Below, one piece after another: positions 14,881 to 27,784 of a stretch of 64,000 nucleotides of DNA (position 1 is its first letter; every line of letters starts with the position of its first letter). The notes beneath the pieces are model-generated. The model was given only the letters and a program-made list of their open reading frames with translations, ran no database searches and was not told the DNA's origin. The stretch covers positions 100,874,001-100,938,000 of the forward strand of contig OX597823.1 in the NCBI GenBank assembly GCA_951406725.2. The letters run 5' to 3'. The stretch is from Octopus vulgaris. Lineage: Eukaryota. Both the position numbers and the translations under genes were made by a program.

Positions 14881-15826
14881 TGTGTAATGTGTGTGTAGAT
14901 AGACTGATAGACAGAGAAAAAATGTGTTGAGACTGATATTTTTGCTAGTCTGTCTCACCCATTCATCCATTCCTGAAAACAAATTTTGTAATAGAATATT
15001 TGGTGTGGTTAGGAGAGAAGGTTTGATTAAATGAACAGAAGCAAAAAATATATAAATGAAAAAAGAAAGGTGATTTAGAAAGATCGACACACAAACGTGC
15101 ACAACAAATAACTAGCTTGATATGTCTTGTTTTGATTGGAAATAACAGAGGTGTGGAGGCAAAAAAACAAGATTTTTTGTTAGAGGTGGGTGAAAAATAT
15201 AATTGTTAAATGAAGAGAGAAGCCAGTCTTCGAGGGTTTTCATTTCTTTCTTTTTTTTCCAAAGCTAGTTTTGGGATCAATGTAGAGTGAACAGGGTGTT
15301 AATGTTAATATTTCTTTTTTAAATACGAATTAATTAAATGGCTAGTTATTATTTTTGTTTACGTTGACAGGAAGTAGTAGTTTTTAATGATGGATTTGTA
15401 GGAAGTGTTGACATTAATGATTATCTATGGGACACAGCGAATGCATACTTGCTTATATATATATATATGCACCCACACAAATAGACACATGTGCGTGTAA
15501 TTCTAAAGAAATTCCCAATGTACATGTATGTAATGTGTTGGATAAATATACGCACATGCAAGATATAAAAAGATACAGGGAGCTAGTTATAGAAGTACTT
15601 AATAGCATAAACACCCACTCAAGAATACGGATCTGGGTGCGTGCAAGTATGTATGTATATATGCACATTATATATGCATGCACATATATATGAATACAGA
15701 CATGTATGTATGTATATGTAAGTGTTCCCCAGGAAAAAGAATGGGTCTATAAAATCTAAAGAAAATACTGAAACCAGCTTGGATACTAAGATTTTTTTGT
15801 GTAGGTTAGGCACAGGGTCATCTAAG

Positions 15827-15866
<40 letters not shown>

Positions 15867-16360
15867 CAGAATGCGCGTTTATGTCTTGCTTATAATACTT
15901 AGAGAGTGAGGAGGGGGAAGAAACTTAACAAGAACCTGCTAGTAGTAGTAGTAAACTCTTAATCAAAACAGAAAACAGACCCTACTTGTTTCCCAACAAT
16001 TTTAAGATCGTCTTGTGTGTATATGTTATGTGTGTGTGTGTGTGTGTGTGTATACATAACACCAATGTGCTTATTATGAAAACAAACGCATACACTACAA
16101 GTACTTTTTTTTTTGTTAATTATAGAAGTAAACTGTTGGTAACAACAAAAACAATAGGAAATCATCTTACTATTGTTGATTCTGGCTGTTAGACTACATT
16201 ACTCTTTCATCTATCATATTATACAACTCTTTAGTTATTAAACAATCAAGGAGAAAATTAAAAAGAGAAATGAGTCTGGAATCTGGCTTCTTTCTTCATC
16301 TAAACAGTAATCTCATCAAACTGCACACATATACGTATATACATATGTATGGTTGTGTGA

Positions 16361-16450
<90 letters not shown>

Positions 16451-16874
16451 ACATATATATATGCATATAAATGCATATGTGTGTGTATGTGTATATATAC
16501 ACACACACATATATAATGGAAGTAAAAAAGGCACGCATAAAATTAAATCGTTAAATTATAAAACTTTTCAAAAGAATAAAAACAAAAGTAACAAACATGA
16601 GACTAATTAATGATGGTCGGCAAAAACAAGTGCAGCAGGGTATCAATTACTCCAAAATGTGACGACGACTGCATCCTCTCAATCAGTTCATCAGGTTCAA
16701 CAGTGTTGGATCGATATCTTCAATTCACCAAACACTTCAACACTCAACTCAGAGTGAAATCTTATATATAAATTTATATATTTATATTTATCTGTATATA
16801 CAGCATGTAATTGCGAGTGTATATATTTAAATATATCATATGTATGTGTGTGTGTGTGATGTGATGTTTAAATT

Positions 16875-18476
16875 TCATTTTCTTGCTTTCTTTGGTTGGG
16901 ATAGTTCTGCGATTGCATTCGTAGTGTCTGTCGTAGCAAACTGCAGGACTGGGGAGCTTAGGGGCATGGGAAGGGTAATTATTTGTTGGGTTCCATTGTT
17001 TTGATCAGTGGATTGGAGGGCAGCTGATTGCTGAAAGTTTAGAAGAGAACCGTCTGGCAGTGTAGGGGCGGCATACACTACTCCTTGAGGGGTCTGATAC
17101 ATGACAAATCCAGGGGTCATAGTCGTGGCCGATGTCGTACCATGCTGAGCCGTGGCAGGTACAGACATAAGGTTTACAGTCTGGTTTTGGGTGTTGTTTG
17201 TACTTGTCGAAACCGACGTGGGTGATGTCGTGGATGCTGAAGCTGTTAGTTGTAAGGTTTCCCCGCTTACTGAAGTGACCGTCGTTGGGCTACTCATGTT
17301 TGTATTATTACTGGTGTTGCCAGATATATTGGCTATAGACACTACTTGTGTGTTAGGTAATCGGTACACAGGCGCGGCTGCCGCCTGGGCGATTTGTTGG
17401 GTCCCCTGTTGAAAGGGGATTGTAAATTGCGTCCCTGGCTGCAAAATAGCCGTTAGACTAGGCGATACCTGCATGGAGATATTAGTGTTTGTGTTGCCAT
17501 TGCTGGTGGTAGAATGCGTCGAGGCGGTGGTAGCATGAGCAGCAGTGACAGAAACCGGCTTAGTCGTGGTAGCAGAGCTTGATGGTATCGTTGATAGAGT
17601 GGAAGGCACCAGCGAGGCCAGGGGTAACTGATTCTGACCGACACCAGTCGAAGTAACGTACAGGGACGTTGATTGTGGCGGTGGAGGCGACGATGTAATG
17701 GCGTTACCTATAAGTTGAGATCTGTTTAGCACCTGGTCCCCTGGCATCTGGGCCAAAAGGGGTTTCAAATCAGCTTTATTTTCATCCTCCACTGAATACG
17801 TTAGTTCAGTTTCTTCGAATCCGGTAGGGTTCATACGTTGTTGATGGGAAGGACCATCAGCAGAAGTGTCCGGGGAATTTAAACAGGTTTGGATAAGGGC
17901 TTTTCCGCTGTCACTCGTTATCATGGGTTGAAGCTTGCGAGTAGCGAATGTATATACATGTCCCGTTTCACTCGCCACAAGCAGCATTACCTGAGTACCA
18001 GTTAATGTAGATAATTCATAAGCTTTTTTCATGATCCCAGTTTTTCTTTTACTGAACGTTGTATACCTGCGAAGTTTATTTTGAATAAATTCCATTTTGA
18101 TTTTGACACGACCTTTTGTCTTTTTGCCAGGTTTTAGTCCATCGGGCGGTCGTCTAACCTGATGTTGGCTTTGGTTTTGTTGATGTGACTGTGATTGTAA
18201 ATGTAAATCGTTTCCAATGCAATCACTTTCTGAATCTGAATCCGAATTATCGTCACCAAGTTCGTTATTGGAATGTGTTGAAACCATGGTTGTCTGCATC
18301 CTGCTGCCTGGAGCCAAACTCAAGTGTTTAGAGTCAGCCCCACTCGGAGCGGTCGATGCAATTCCCGAAGTTTTGAATACGCTTTGATCCACTAGTAGTC
18401 TACTACCATTTGTTATGTTATCTGAATGGACGTACTGCGATACTGTTAACGTTTCACAGTGATTAGAATTCTGCAT
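16875..18476 (-). CDS. SRF: Serum response factor (MADS-box transcription factor), single coding exon, 533 aa
   Basis: GRVKIKMEFIQNKLRRYTTFSKRKTGIMKKAYELSTLTGTQVMLLVASETGHVYTFATRKLQPMITSDSGKALIQTCLNSPD is near-identical to the human SRF MADS+SAM core, followed by the conserved TGFEETELTY. ATG at 18476 (ACAATG) has an in-frame TAA upstream at 18498-18500. S/T/Q-rich C-terminus. Confidence 0.96.
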   Translation of the reverse strand: MQNSNHCETLTVSQYVHSDNITNGSRLLVDQSVFKTSGIASTAPSGADSKHLSLAPGSRMQTTMVSTHSNNELGDDNSDSDSESDCIGNDLHLQSQSHQQNQSQHQVRRPPDGLKPGKKTKGRVKIKMEFIQNKLRRYTTFSKRKTGIMKKAYELSTLTGTQVMLLVASETGHVYTFATRKLQPMITSDSGKALIQTCLNSPDTSADGPSHQQRMNPTGFEETELTYSVEDENKADLKPLLAQMPGDQVLNRSQLIGNAITSSPPPPQSTSLYVTSTGVGQNQLPLASLVPSTLSTIPSSSATTTKPVSVTAAHATTASTHSTTSNGNTNTNISMQVSPSLTAILQPGTQFTIPFQQGTQQIAQAAAAPVYRLPNTQVVSIANISGNTSNNTNMSSPTTVTSVSGETLQLTASASTTSPTSVSTSTNNTQNQTVNLMSVPATAQHGTTSATTMTPGFVMYQTPQGVVYAAPTLPDGSLLNFQQSAALQSTDQNNGTQQIITLPMPLSSPVLQFATTDTTNAIAELSQPKKARK

Positions 18477-18831
18477 TGTCAACGAGAAAGGAATAATTTA
18501 CCAAATTAAACGAACGACCGTCAATAGGAAAGCCATAACGGGAAAGTGAGGAACGAATTACATCCAAGTATTCAATAACTACACAAATATATACTTCCGC
18601 CAAAAAAGTTCATTACGATTCGCTATTGTCAAATATAAAGAAAACTAATAAATAACTACGACACAAACACTAATGATTATTTAAGGGAAACTACTATATT
18701 GTCAGGCATTCGCAATATAACTGTCAGCAAAATAACTGTGTATTTGCGTGTATGCAATGAAACTAGCGCGGAAGAATATGTGAGGTTGGTCGTGTTGTGT
18801 TACCCGTATCAAGTTTGGAAGTACGGGGTTC

Positions 18832-18894
18832 CCATATATGGATGGCACGGCCAAATATGGCGCACGTGGAATGTGTGTGTGATTGACCCGCCCC
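18832..18894 (-). promoter_or_regulatory. SRF proximal promoter module: two CArG boxes, YY1-like site, E-box and GC box
   Basis: CCATATATGG 18832-18841; CCAAATATGG 18851-18860 overlapping AATATGGCG (YY1-type); CACGTG 18863-18868; CCCGCCCC 18887-18894. ETS-like GCGGAAG at 18768-18774 and ACTTCCGC at 18593-18600. Confidence 0.8.
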
Positions 18895-20142
18895 TCGCTT
18901 CACTCACTCTCTCTCTCTCTTCGTTTAATATTCTTCTTATCACTAACTCTTTCCCCCTCCTTCTCTCCACTCCTCTATCTTTTAGTCTTTCTCTAAAAAA
19001 AAAGAACCTTCTCCTCTTACCCTCTCTCATTCTCTGTGCAACAGTAACATACCGCTCCCACTTCGACTATTTGTCTTGTTGGTACTGACGATAAGCTTTC
19101 AATAAACTATGGTAGCCACTGAATGTCACTTTTCTTAATTAAAGTTTGCCCATTCATATTTTTTCTTAATATTAAAATAATTCATGAAAACAGAGATAAA
19201 GAGTATGTTAACAAAAAAATCCTCGAACCATACATTCAATTTATTGATAAAAAAAATACCTGTAATATGCAGAACTCCCCAACTTTACTCAATATTTTGT
19301 TCACTATCAAAATAATTCATTGTGCGTCTAATTATAATTTTTCTTTGATCAAAGTAAATTTCATATTAAAGAATAGTAATTGTAGATTATTCCTTATAAA
19401 AAAACACAAGAAATAAATCTTTAATTATTAAATATTCATTTTATTTTAAACTTATCAACATAAAAGCAGAATCGAAATTCTATTGCAGGCGAGTAAGTGC
19501 TTCTGTAATAAAGAAAGGGCAACTGTCGCATGTTGCGTGCTTTTTTTACTACTAACTTTCACAAAAGCGTGTTTGTTCGTGTGAGAGGCTCTGACAACTC
19601 GAGGTTTTATTTAGAACCACTTCTCTCTCTCATTGCATCTGTCTATCTTTCTACCTTATGTTCTCTTACTGTTTTCTCTCACTTTTTAACACTCATTTTT
19701 CTCTGTCTATCTATCTGTCTGCCCGTCCATCTGTTTGTCTATGCCTTTCTCTCTCTAAATTAATTTTTCCTTCCTCATCTAATCTTCTATCCTTTCCTCT
19801 CTTTTCTTCCATTATGCTTCACTTTTTCTCGTTCTCTTTATAACTTTTAATCTCTCATACTTTCATTTATGTTGTTATCTCTCATATTCTTTTAATCTCT
19901 TCTTATACTTTCCTTCTATTTTACTAATTTCTCTCCTTCTACATACCTCCTCCGTATTTCTTGTAGGCACCCTATCTTGTCTATCTTCCCTCCTCCTTTT
20001 CTCACATTCCTATTTTCGTTTTCATTTCTGTTTCTCTTGATCTTTCTGTCTCGCCTTTTTCTTTTCTCCATTATATCTCCATCTCTTTACTTCTCTTTTT
20101 ACTACTCCCCTTTCTCCATCTTTAAACCACCACCACCTCCTT

Positions 20143-20241
20143 TTCTTCTTCTTCTTCTTCTTCTTCTTCTTCTTCTTCTTCTTCTTCTTCTTCTTCTTCT
20201 TCTTCTTCTTCTTCTTCTTCTTCTTCTTCTTCTTCTTCTTT
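20143..20241. repeat. (CTT)n microsatellite
   Basis: Direct reading. Confidence 0.97.
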
Positions 20242-20269
20242 ACTGACTGTTCACTCATATTCTTACCAT

Positions 20270-20460
20270 TATCTTTTTTCTGCGTTTCAGTCATTAGACT
20301 GCGGCCATACTGGAGCACTGCCTTGAAGAATTTTAGTCGAAGGAATTGAGGCCAGTACTTATTTTTTAAATCTGGTACTGTTGGTCTTTTATGTCCAACA
20401 GGTAAATTACAAGGATGTTAACAAACCAACTCTGGTTGTCAAACGGTGATGGTTGACAAA
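20270..20460 (-). mobile_element. SINE 3' half
   Basis: tttcagtcattagactgcggccatactggagcactgcc matches the tail at 60076-60114. Confidence 0.8.
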
Positions 20461-20514
20461 CACACTCACAAACCCCCACGCACATACATATATACACTCA
20501 TACAAATATACATA

Positions 20515-20930
20515 CATGGACCAGATTATTACCTCCCACTTTGAAGGGTATGCGTTTGTAATCCAGGAACAGGAAATATCAATCCAATACCCAATGCACA
20601 AAAGGGACAGATATGCAGAAAAAGCAGTAAAATGTGACGACCGCTGCAGATTTTGTGGAGTTTACACTGAAGATATCGCCCACATCAGAAGCAGTTGTCC
20701 AAAAATGTCATCACAGTATTATCTGCAGTTACTCTATCCAGATTATAAGTTCAAGTTTATACCTGTAAATATTGCGACCCTGGGATATGTAACACACTGC
20801 CTAAATGCCAATCTTCAGAAATTAGGTTTCCGCAAAACCAGAAAGGAGAAAGCTAATTCTAAGACTACAGATCCAATCAATCACTGGAACTGTAAAAATC
20901 TGTAAAACTTTCCGGAAGTTTATCATTTAA
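20515..20930 (+). mobile_element. R4/Dong-like non-LTR retrotransposon, C-terminal fragment
   Basis: EGYAFVIQEQEI...CRFCGVYTEDIAHIRSSC (CCHC knuckle), then FIPVNIATLGYV, as in restriction-like-endonuclease LINEs; internally deleted. Confidence 0.7.
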
Positions 20931-21295
20931 GTATATATGAGCATGTCTTGATATGCAAGCATATGCATGAGAATACATACATAAAACGAAACATACAAAT
21001 CTGCACATATACATACATGCATGCATATCCTGTTGTTGCTGTTGAAATTCCAATGAAAGAGCCTTGGATCTAGGTTAGAAACCGATTCTTTTTCTATTGG
21101 CAAGAAATCTTGAAAAAAAACTGAATATTGATATACATGAAATGAAACTGAATAATGATATGTATGTACATACATACAGAGACGTATGCATACATGTATA
21201 CATCCATACATGCATGCATACATACATACATACAATATTAAGCTTAGAAGCTATGCACAGTAACAGAATTTCTGACGAAAGTAGAATAAATTAAA

Positions 21296-21326
<31 letters not shown>

Positions 21327-22090
21327 CGAGGGGTGTATGAAAAGTCTTGAGCCTCAAAAAAACAAAACATGGTACAAGACTTCTGATGATTTATTTTTCA
21401 ACATAGTCCCCCTCGATGGCTCAACACTTTCTCCAGCGGTGCTGAAGCGCCATTATCCTGGCGTAGAACTCGTTTGTTCGAGACTCCAATAAACTTCCTA
21501 CAGCGTCTATGATGTCATTGTCACTGGCAAAATGGCGACCAGCCAGGGCTTTTTTCCTTTTTGGAAATAGATGAAAGTCAGAGGGGGCTAAGTCTGGCGA
21601 ATAAGGTGGATAGGGAACAAGTTCGTATCCGCAATCACGAATTGTTGACATGGCAATCACTGAGGTGTGTGCTGGAGCTTTGTTGTGATGAAAAAGGATT
21701 CCTCTGGTGAGCATGCTTGGCCTTTTTCCTTTGACTGCTTCTCATGCTGAGAATAATACAGCCCTGTCATGGTGTGACCCTTTTCAAGATCAGCAAAACA
21801 CCTTGAGAATCCCCTAAAATGGACGCCATGACCTTGCCAACTGAAGGAATGACTCTGGCCTTCTTTTAGGTAGGAGTAGATGTGTGCTTCCACTGCTTTG
21901 ATTGTTCTTTGGTTTTAGGCTGGTAGAGACGGACCCAACTTTCATCTATAGTAATGAAACAAGCTAGAAAATTCTCTTCATCGGCTTCAAACAGTTCCAG
22001 ATTTCCCGTAGACAAAGTGCATCTGGTGCGTTTCTGTTCAGGAGTCAAAAGGCGAGGGACCCACCTTGCAGAAACCTGAAGTGTCTCCAT
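21327..22090 (-). mobile_element. Mariner (DD34D) transposon relic, 3' part with one TIR
   Basis: WVPRLL, ITIDESWV, HHNKAPAH and YPPYSPDLAPSDFHLF across frameshifts; TA|CGAGGGG terminus at 21327. Confidence 0.9.
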
Positions 22091-23180
22091 TTGGCAAAAG
22101 AGCCTGCTATATTAATTACTGCCATTGAGAGGCTAACAAAGACCTGGAAAACAATTCTCACTCTTAGAAAGGAGAGTGGAACGATTATCTCCAATGCCAT
22201 AAACACTTCAAAGGGAATATTTCAAAGAGATAGTCTCTGTAAGTTTGTCTATGTTGGCATTAGATTCATTGTCATTCCTGCTACAAAAATCAAATGGCTA
22301 CATGCAACTGCTAGAAATATTAATGTAACCCATCATTTTGTGGATGACCTCAAGATTTGTGTTAAAAATGTTAACTATGCAAAAAAAAAAAAAAACAGCT
22401 GGAATTAATAATATTTTCAGCCGACATAGGAATGGAATTTGGCCAAAAGAAATGTTTATAATTGATTGTTGAATGGGGAAAATCTGCACCCCAGACCCAA
22501 AACTTGTGCAGCAATTCTCTCACTATCTCTCCTGTCCCACACAAACAATGCTATGAGTACCTAAGCATTGATGAAAATATATCATACGAAGGTACTTTGA
22601 ATAAAGATAGAGTGACCCACGAATATTATAGCAGACTTAGAAAAATAAGGCAGCTGGAACTCCCATAATGCATTTGCAGTACCAGTGCTGATTCCAACAT
22701 TTGAGACATTTTTGTGGTCTATAGAAGAAATCCATTTCATAGACATTAAAACCCGCAAGATTCTGACATCAACTGAAATCTCCACAGAAAAAGTGATATC
22801 GACAGGCTCTACCTTGGGAGGTAGAGGCTTGAAATTAGTAGACAGCCTTTGAACATCACATAGTCTCTCTCAGATAGCACTTGCTAATCAACAACAGCAA
22901 AAATAAATTCATTAACTTAGTGCTGAAAAGTGATGAAAACAATATTCTAGGCATCGGAAGTGAACTCCCCAAGAAGTATTCTCTTCCTGATGACCTCCCA
23001 TACAATCCCAATACAGTCGCATTAACATACTTCAAAAAAGACCTGGAAGTGAAACGCTCAGTGTACCAAAGAAATTTTAAAAAAGACCATGTATGGGTAT
23101 GTTTCCTGAAGACTTGAAGAAGACAATAACATTGAAATGAAGTGAAGCCTCTCTTGGACTCGTGACTAATCGAAAACAAT
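22091..23180 (+). mobile_element. R4/Dong-like reverse transcriptase fragment, decayed
   Basis: KGIFQRDSL, HHFVDDLKI, DIGMEFG, YEYLSIDE, AFAVPVLIPTF, IDIKTRKIL, DIDRLYL across frames. Confidence 0.75.
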
Positions 23181-23299
23181 CTAAAAACAGGAGATTGCTA
23201 CTAAATACCTAATAAACAAAAGAGACAATAAAGCCCCTTGAAATCCAAAATGCAACCGAAAATGTAGATTATGTCATATTTCTGTGGAAGACATCCCAC

Positions 23300-25290
23300 A
23301 TTGTGATTGGCTGCCAAAAAGTATATACATACACCAAACCCGGGGGACCTAAAACTATGACCCATTGTAGCTGGCCCAGCCTGTGAAACACACAGACTAA
23401 GTCTATTTATGGACATCCTCCTGAAACCCTACCTTAAACACATCAATAGCCATATTAGAGATGACTTGGACATGTTAAATCACCTTCCAAAAAAAAAATC
23501 AAGGAAGAAACAATCATGGTTTCATTTGATGTAGTTAATTTATATACCAGTATACCTCATAATTATGGGCTAGAGGCAATTCAGTTCTGGCTGGATCAAT
23601 TTCTGAAAGAAATACCAAAAAGGATCAGTAAAGAATTCATTACTAATTCAGTTGAATTAATTCTACAAAATAACCACTTCATGTTTGACAATATGTTTTA
23701 CTGTCAAAAATTCAGAATTGCTATGGGTACTAGGGCAGCACCAGTCATTGCGAACCTAACAATGGGCTACCTGGAGATAATAATATACCAGGAATCTTTA
23801 TCTACCTTTGGAAACCCCCTTTCCCAATACATAAAATAAAATTGGAAAAGATTCCTAGATGATTGTTTCATACTCTGGAATGAAAACACAGATAAGCTCC
23901 TGAAATTCAAAAGCCTATTGAACAGCATCAACCCAAAACATACAGTTCACAATGGAGTATAACCAAAAGGAGCTTCCATTCTTAGATATACTAATTAAAA
24001 AAAATAAACCTAAAAATAGAAATGGACATATTTTACAAAACCACAGACGCCAAACAATATCTCATTTTTGATTCATGCCACCCAAGACACACTAAAACAA
24101 ACATCCCCTTCAACCTTGCAAGAAGGATATGAACAATAGTGTCAGAACAAAATACCAGAAACTGCAAGAACTCAAAAACACCCTAACTGACATACACTAC
24201 CTAGTTCAACTCATAGAGGATGGAATCAGACGTGCAACACAAATCAACATAGAAACCTTAAGAAAAGTTCAACACAGCAACACACCTTCCCAGAAAATAC
24301 TGCCGTACATACCCACATACAGCCACACAAACAAAGAAGCCTTCACCATCATCACCCAGAATTTACCAATGCTACATAAGGACCCCAAATTAAAGGAAAT
24401 TTTAAACATACATAAAATCATTAAAAGCTACAAACAACCGAAATCACTAAAAAAGATCCTCAGAAAGGCAAAATTATTTTCTGAAATAACGGATGCAAAA
24501 GTAAAAAAATGTGGTAGACCAAATTGCGCAACATGCCCAAACCTTCTAGAAGGATCAGAATTCCTTTTCAAAGAGGGACAAAAATTCAAAATCAAATCTA
24601 ATTTTACTTGTGCTTCGGAAAACCTGATTTATGTCATAAGATGCTCGGGCTGCCACAAAAACTACATAGGGTCCATGGGATTATCGCTCAGATGCAGATG
24701 CACTCTGCATTGACAGCAGATTGCATTTCCAGAATACAGAATGATACCCCTTAGTGAACATATTGAGAAATGTGCAAAGCAACTGCTACCACAATTTATA
24801 ATCTTTCCATTCTATCAATGTGCCATTGGAACACCAATACAAGTTAGATTAAATAAGGAAATCTTCTTCATTGAAAAATATAAGCCAAAACTTAACCATT
24901 TCTAACATTTTTAAAAAAGGAAACTCAACCTCATTGAAAAAAATATATAGCAAAACCTAACCGCTTGTAACATTGTATTCCTTCCAAACCAAATCATCTT
25001 TAATTAGTCATTCCCAACATGTTTGATTATCTCCTTTATACCGGAAAAAATCCCTGATTACCTTCCCCTACCTGGAACTTCATATTTCACAACATAGCGA
25101 AGACATGACACGATATAGGTAAAGAAATTTGAGAAATTTGAAAAGAAAATAGGAAATCGGTTATTTCTCCAAAAACTATGTTACTATACGCAAAATTTTA
25201 TAAAATTTTTCTAACATAATGACTTAAATATATTCTTTAACCATATAACACAAGCCTTCTGTAGTTTTTTCACTCTTTTTTGTTGTATAT
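23300..25290 (+). mobile_element. Penelope-like retroelement (Neptune/Naiad-type RT + GIY-YIG), 5'-truncated and decayed
   Basis: PIVAGPACETHRLS, SFDVVNLYTSIP, AMGTRAAP, RFLDDCF, LPFLDI, SCHPRHTKTNIPFNLARRI, Cys linker CGRPNCATC, NLIYVIRCSGCHKNYIG. Stop at 24903-24905; T-rich 3' tail runs into (TA)n. Confidence 0.9.
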
Positions 25291-25331
25291 ATATATATAT
25301 GCATATATACATACGTATATGTACATACTTA

Positions 25332-25413
<82 letters not shown>

Positions 25414-25452
25414 TACTTGGAGAAATAAGAAAGTGACACGAAGCGTTCAATC

Positions 25453-25880
25453 ATATAACAATTTAACAAATAAAACATATGCATACATACCTACATCTAT
25501 ATGTATATATACATGCATATATATATATGTATGAGTACAGGACACCACAAATAAACGTAGAACACAACGAGAAACGAAAACATAAAAACAAACAAGGAAA
25601 CAGACTTTTTTTAACAACGAAAAAACAGAGTACAAGACAAACAATACAAGGAATATTTCCCTTCATCAGCTGCCCCTGGTTCGACTCAATGCGTGTTTCG
25701 AAGGTAAGAGCATTCGAAACACGCATTGAGTCGAACCAGAGGCAGCTGATGAAGGGGAATATTCCTTGTATTGTTTGTCTTGTACTCTGTTTCTGCGTTG
25801 TTAAAAAAAAGTCCGTTTCCTAGTTTGTTTTTATGTTTTCGTTTCTTGTTGTGTTCTACGTTTATTTGTGGTGTCCTGTA

Positions 25881-25938
<58 letters not shown>

Positions 25939-26011
25939 TGTATATATACATATAGATGTAGGTATGTACATATATGTCTGTATGTATGCATATGTTTTAT
26001 TTGTTAAATTG

Positions 26012-26017
<6 letters not shown>
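25453..26017. repeat. Long inverted repeat (foldback), ~250-bp arms, 10-nt loop
   Basis: Arms 25453-25702 and 25713-26017 are reverse complements, apart from a few substitutions and microsatellite length differences; loop GGTAAGAGCA. Confidence 0.95.
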
Positions 26018-26044
<27 letters not shown>

Positions 26045-26049
26045 TATAT

Positions 26050-26230
26050 GGGTTCAGGACCTCACAAAACATAATCAACATGAAATACAAAGACAAAGTT
26101 TTGTATGCGAACAACGAGAGAAACAAACAGAAAACAAGACAAGTAACATAAAGAACGATCCTTCATCAGTTGTCGGCTGTTTATCTTCGAGAAGCAGTTG
26201 CTCTCATGAACTAAAATAAATTTGGGATTT
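26050..26230 (-). mobile_element. Probable Penelope-like 3' tail fragment
   Basis: Minus strand reads CAACTGATGAAGG followed by a T/G-rich tail into (TA)n, the same layout as the 25713-25885 arm. Confidence 0.5.
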
Positions 26231-27589
26231 GCGGAGTGTCAAAGTTGGTAAGAAAAACAAGAGAGTGGAGACAGACAACAAACCAAGCGAAAACAAACAG
26301 TGAGGGCCGCTTGGCCAGACGAGGTAAGATAGTGAATGCTGGAAGAACATTCTTTGACAAGAGAAAAGATAGGAGAGGAGACAGACAAGAATGTGTATGG
26401 ACTGTGCGACAGACCGAAGGAAAAGAAAGATGATCACGTGAGGAAAAGAAAGATGGATGATGGTCACGTGTGAGCAACAAGAGAGAGTAAAGGAGGAAGA
26501 GGGAGAGATAGAAAATGGTGAAGGGGAGAAAAAAGAATTAGAGAAAGGACGAGAGAGAAAAAAACTAAAGGGAGAGAGAGAGAGAACAGTACAGAGTACG
26601 GTAAGTTACAACTTTCGTCTGTCATCTTTGCTTCAGATCATACAGGTGAGACTATACAGTTAGCTAGGAAGCGATCTCATCTGTTCTGTTTATTAGGTTT
26701 ATGTGTTTTAAATTAGATTAAGCCATTTTGTGTAAGATATTTGTGATGTTCTTCCGGCTTTGGCACTGTAGATGATCACCTAATTTGCATAGTGCATAAC
26801 GCCGGTCCTGAATATATTACACATTAAATAAAACTCAGACCTAAGCCATGAGTCCAAGGTCTCATAAAGTCGGAGCTTAGGTCAGTTTCCATGGCGTATA
26901 AATGATTGAGATTACAACACTCTCCTGTGCGGAACATCGGTCCGTCAGCTTGTAACTTTAAACCAATCAGAGAACAGGTTAGTTGTCACGTGACTAACTT
27001 GTTATTAACAAAACATACCCACCATGAGATTTAGTATAATGTCTTCACTCTTTGGGTTGACTTTGGGCTAAACGACAGCAGTGAAGCTTTTCTACTTGTA
27101 GTCTTAAGACATACAACTGTTATATCTCTTAAGACTACAACTTTTCAGATATTGCTGGACCTCATTTACAACTTAATGGACTGTAGTAAAGTGAAATAAG
27201 TGGTTTTGCTCAATAACACACCGCACCGTCCATCCGGGAACCGAAATTACAATCTTGCAATCGTGAGCAATACTCCAACTACAAAGCGATACACCTTCAC
27301 ACATAAAATAAAATCACTATTTCATAGTACACATTATTAACTATAGCATCGTTGCTTATTGATTTCTACGGATCAATCGCTTGATCACTGTACTTACAAT
27401 GACGACATTAACAAAAAAGCATCAGTACAACTCAGAAAGAATAATACAAGTTATTTTTTTGATGCACCGATTTATCAGTTGTCTTGTCGATCTTCATTTC
27501 TTTTGTAGCGTTGCTCGGTGATATCCTCACTGTTTGACCAAGCTACGCTACACTTTCATTGGCATACACATACAAATACATATACGGTG

Positions 27590-27784
27590 GACTTCCGCAC
27601 AGTTTACGAGGGAGGGAAGAAGGGGGAGAAGCAACACAGGTGCAGGTGTGAGCATGGACGCCAACTCCGCCGCCATCGACACACGAAAAAGTTGGAAGAA
27701 ATGGAAAAAAATGATGTGGGAGTAGTTAGGAATCTAAATCGAAGGGGACAGACACTCACACAACTACAGTTTTATATATATAGA
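27590..27784 (-). mobile_element. Non-autonomous Helitron, 5' part
   Basis: Minus-strand 5' end TCTATATATATAAAACTGTAGTTGTG at 27784; shares internal sequence with 27785-28300. Confidence 0.75.

Noticed and set aside
18477-18482. TTG start for SRF given by the ORF track
   Set aside because: An ATG in good context lies two codons downstream at 18476
18699-19088. 129-aa plus-strand ORF divergent from SRF
   Set aside because: TTG start, overlaps the promoter motifs and a CT-rich tract, no recognisable domain
23358-24713. In-frame TGA codons in the Penelope-like ORF as selenocysteine (reported for some Naiad elements)
   Set aside because: Both TGAs (23358-23360 in L*PIV and 24711-24713 in LH*QQ) fall at expected Arg positions and fit CGA-to-TGA decay; the copy also has frameshifts and a TAA, and no SECIS was evident
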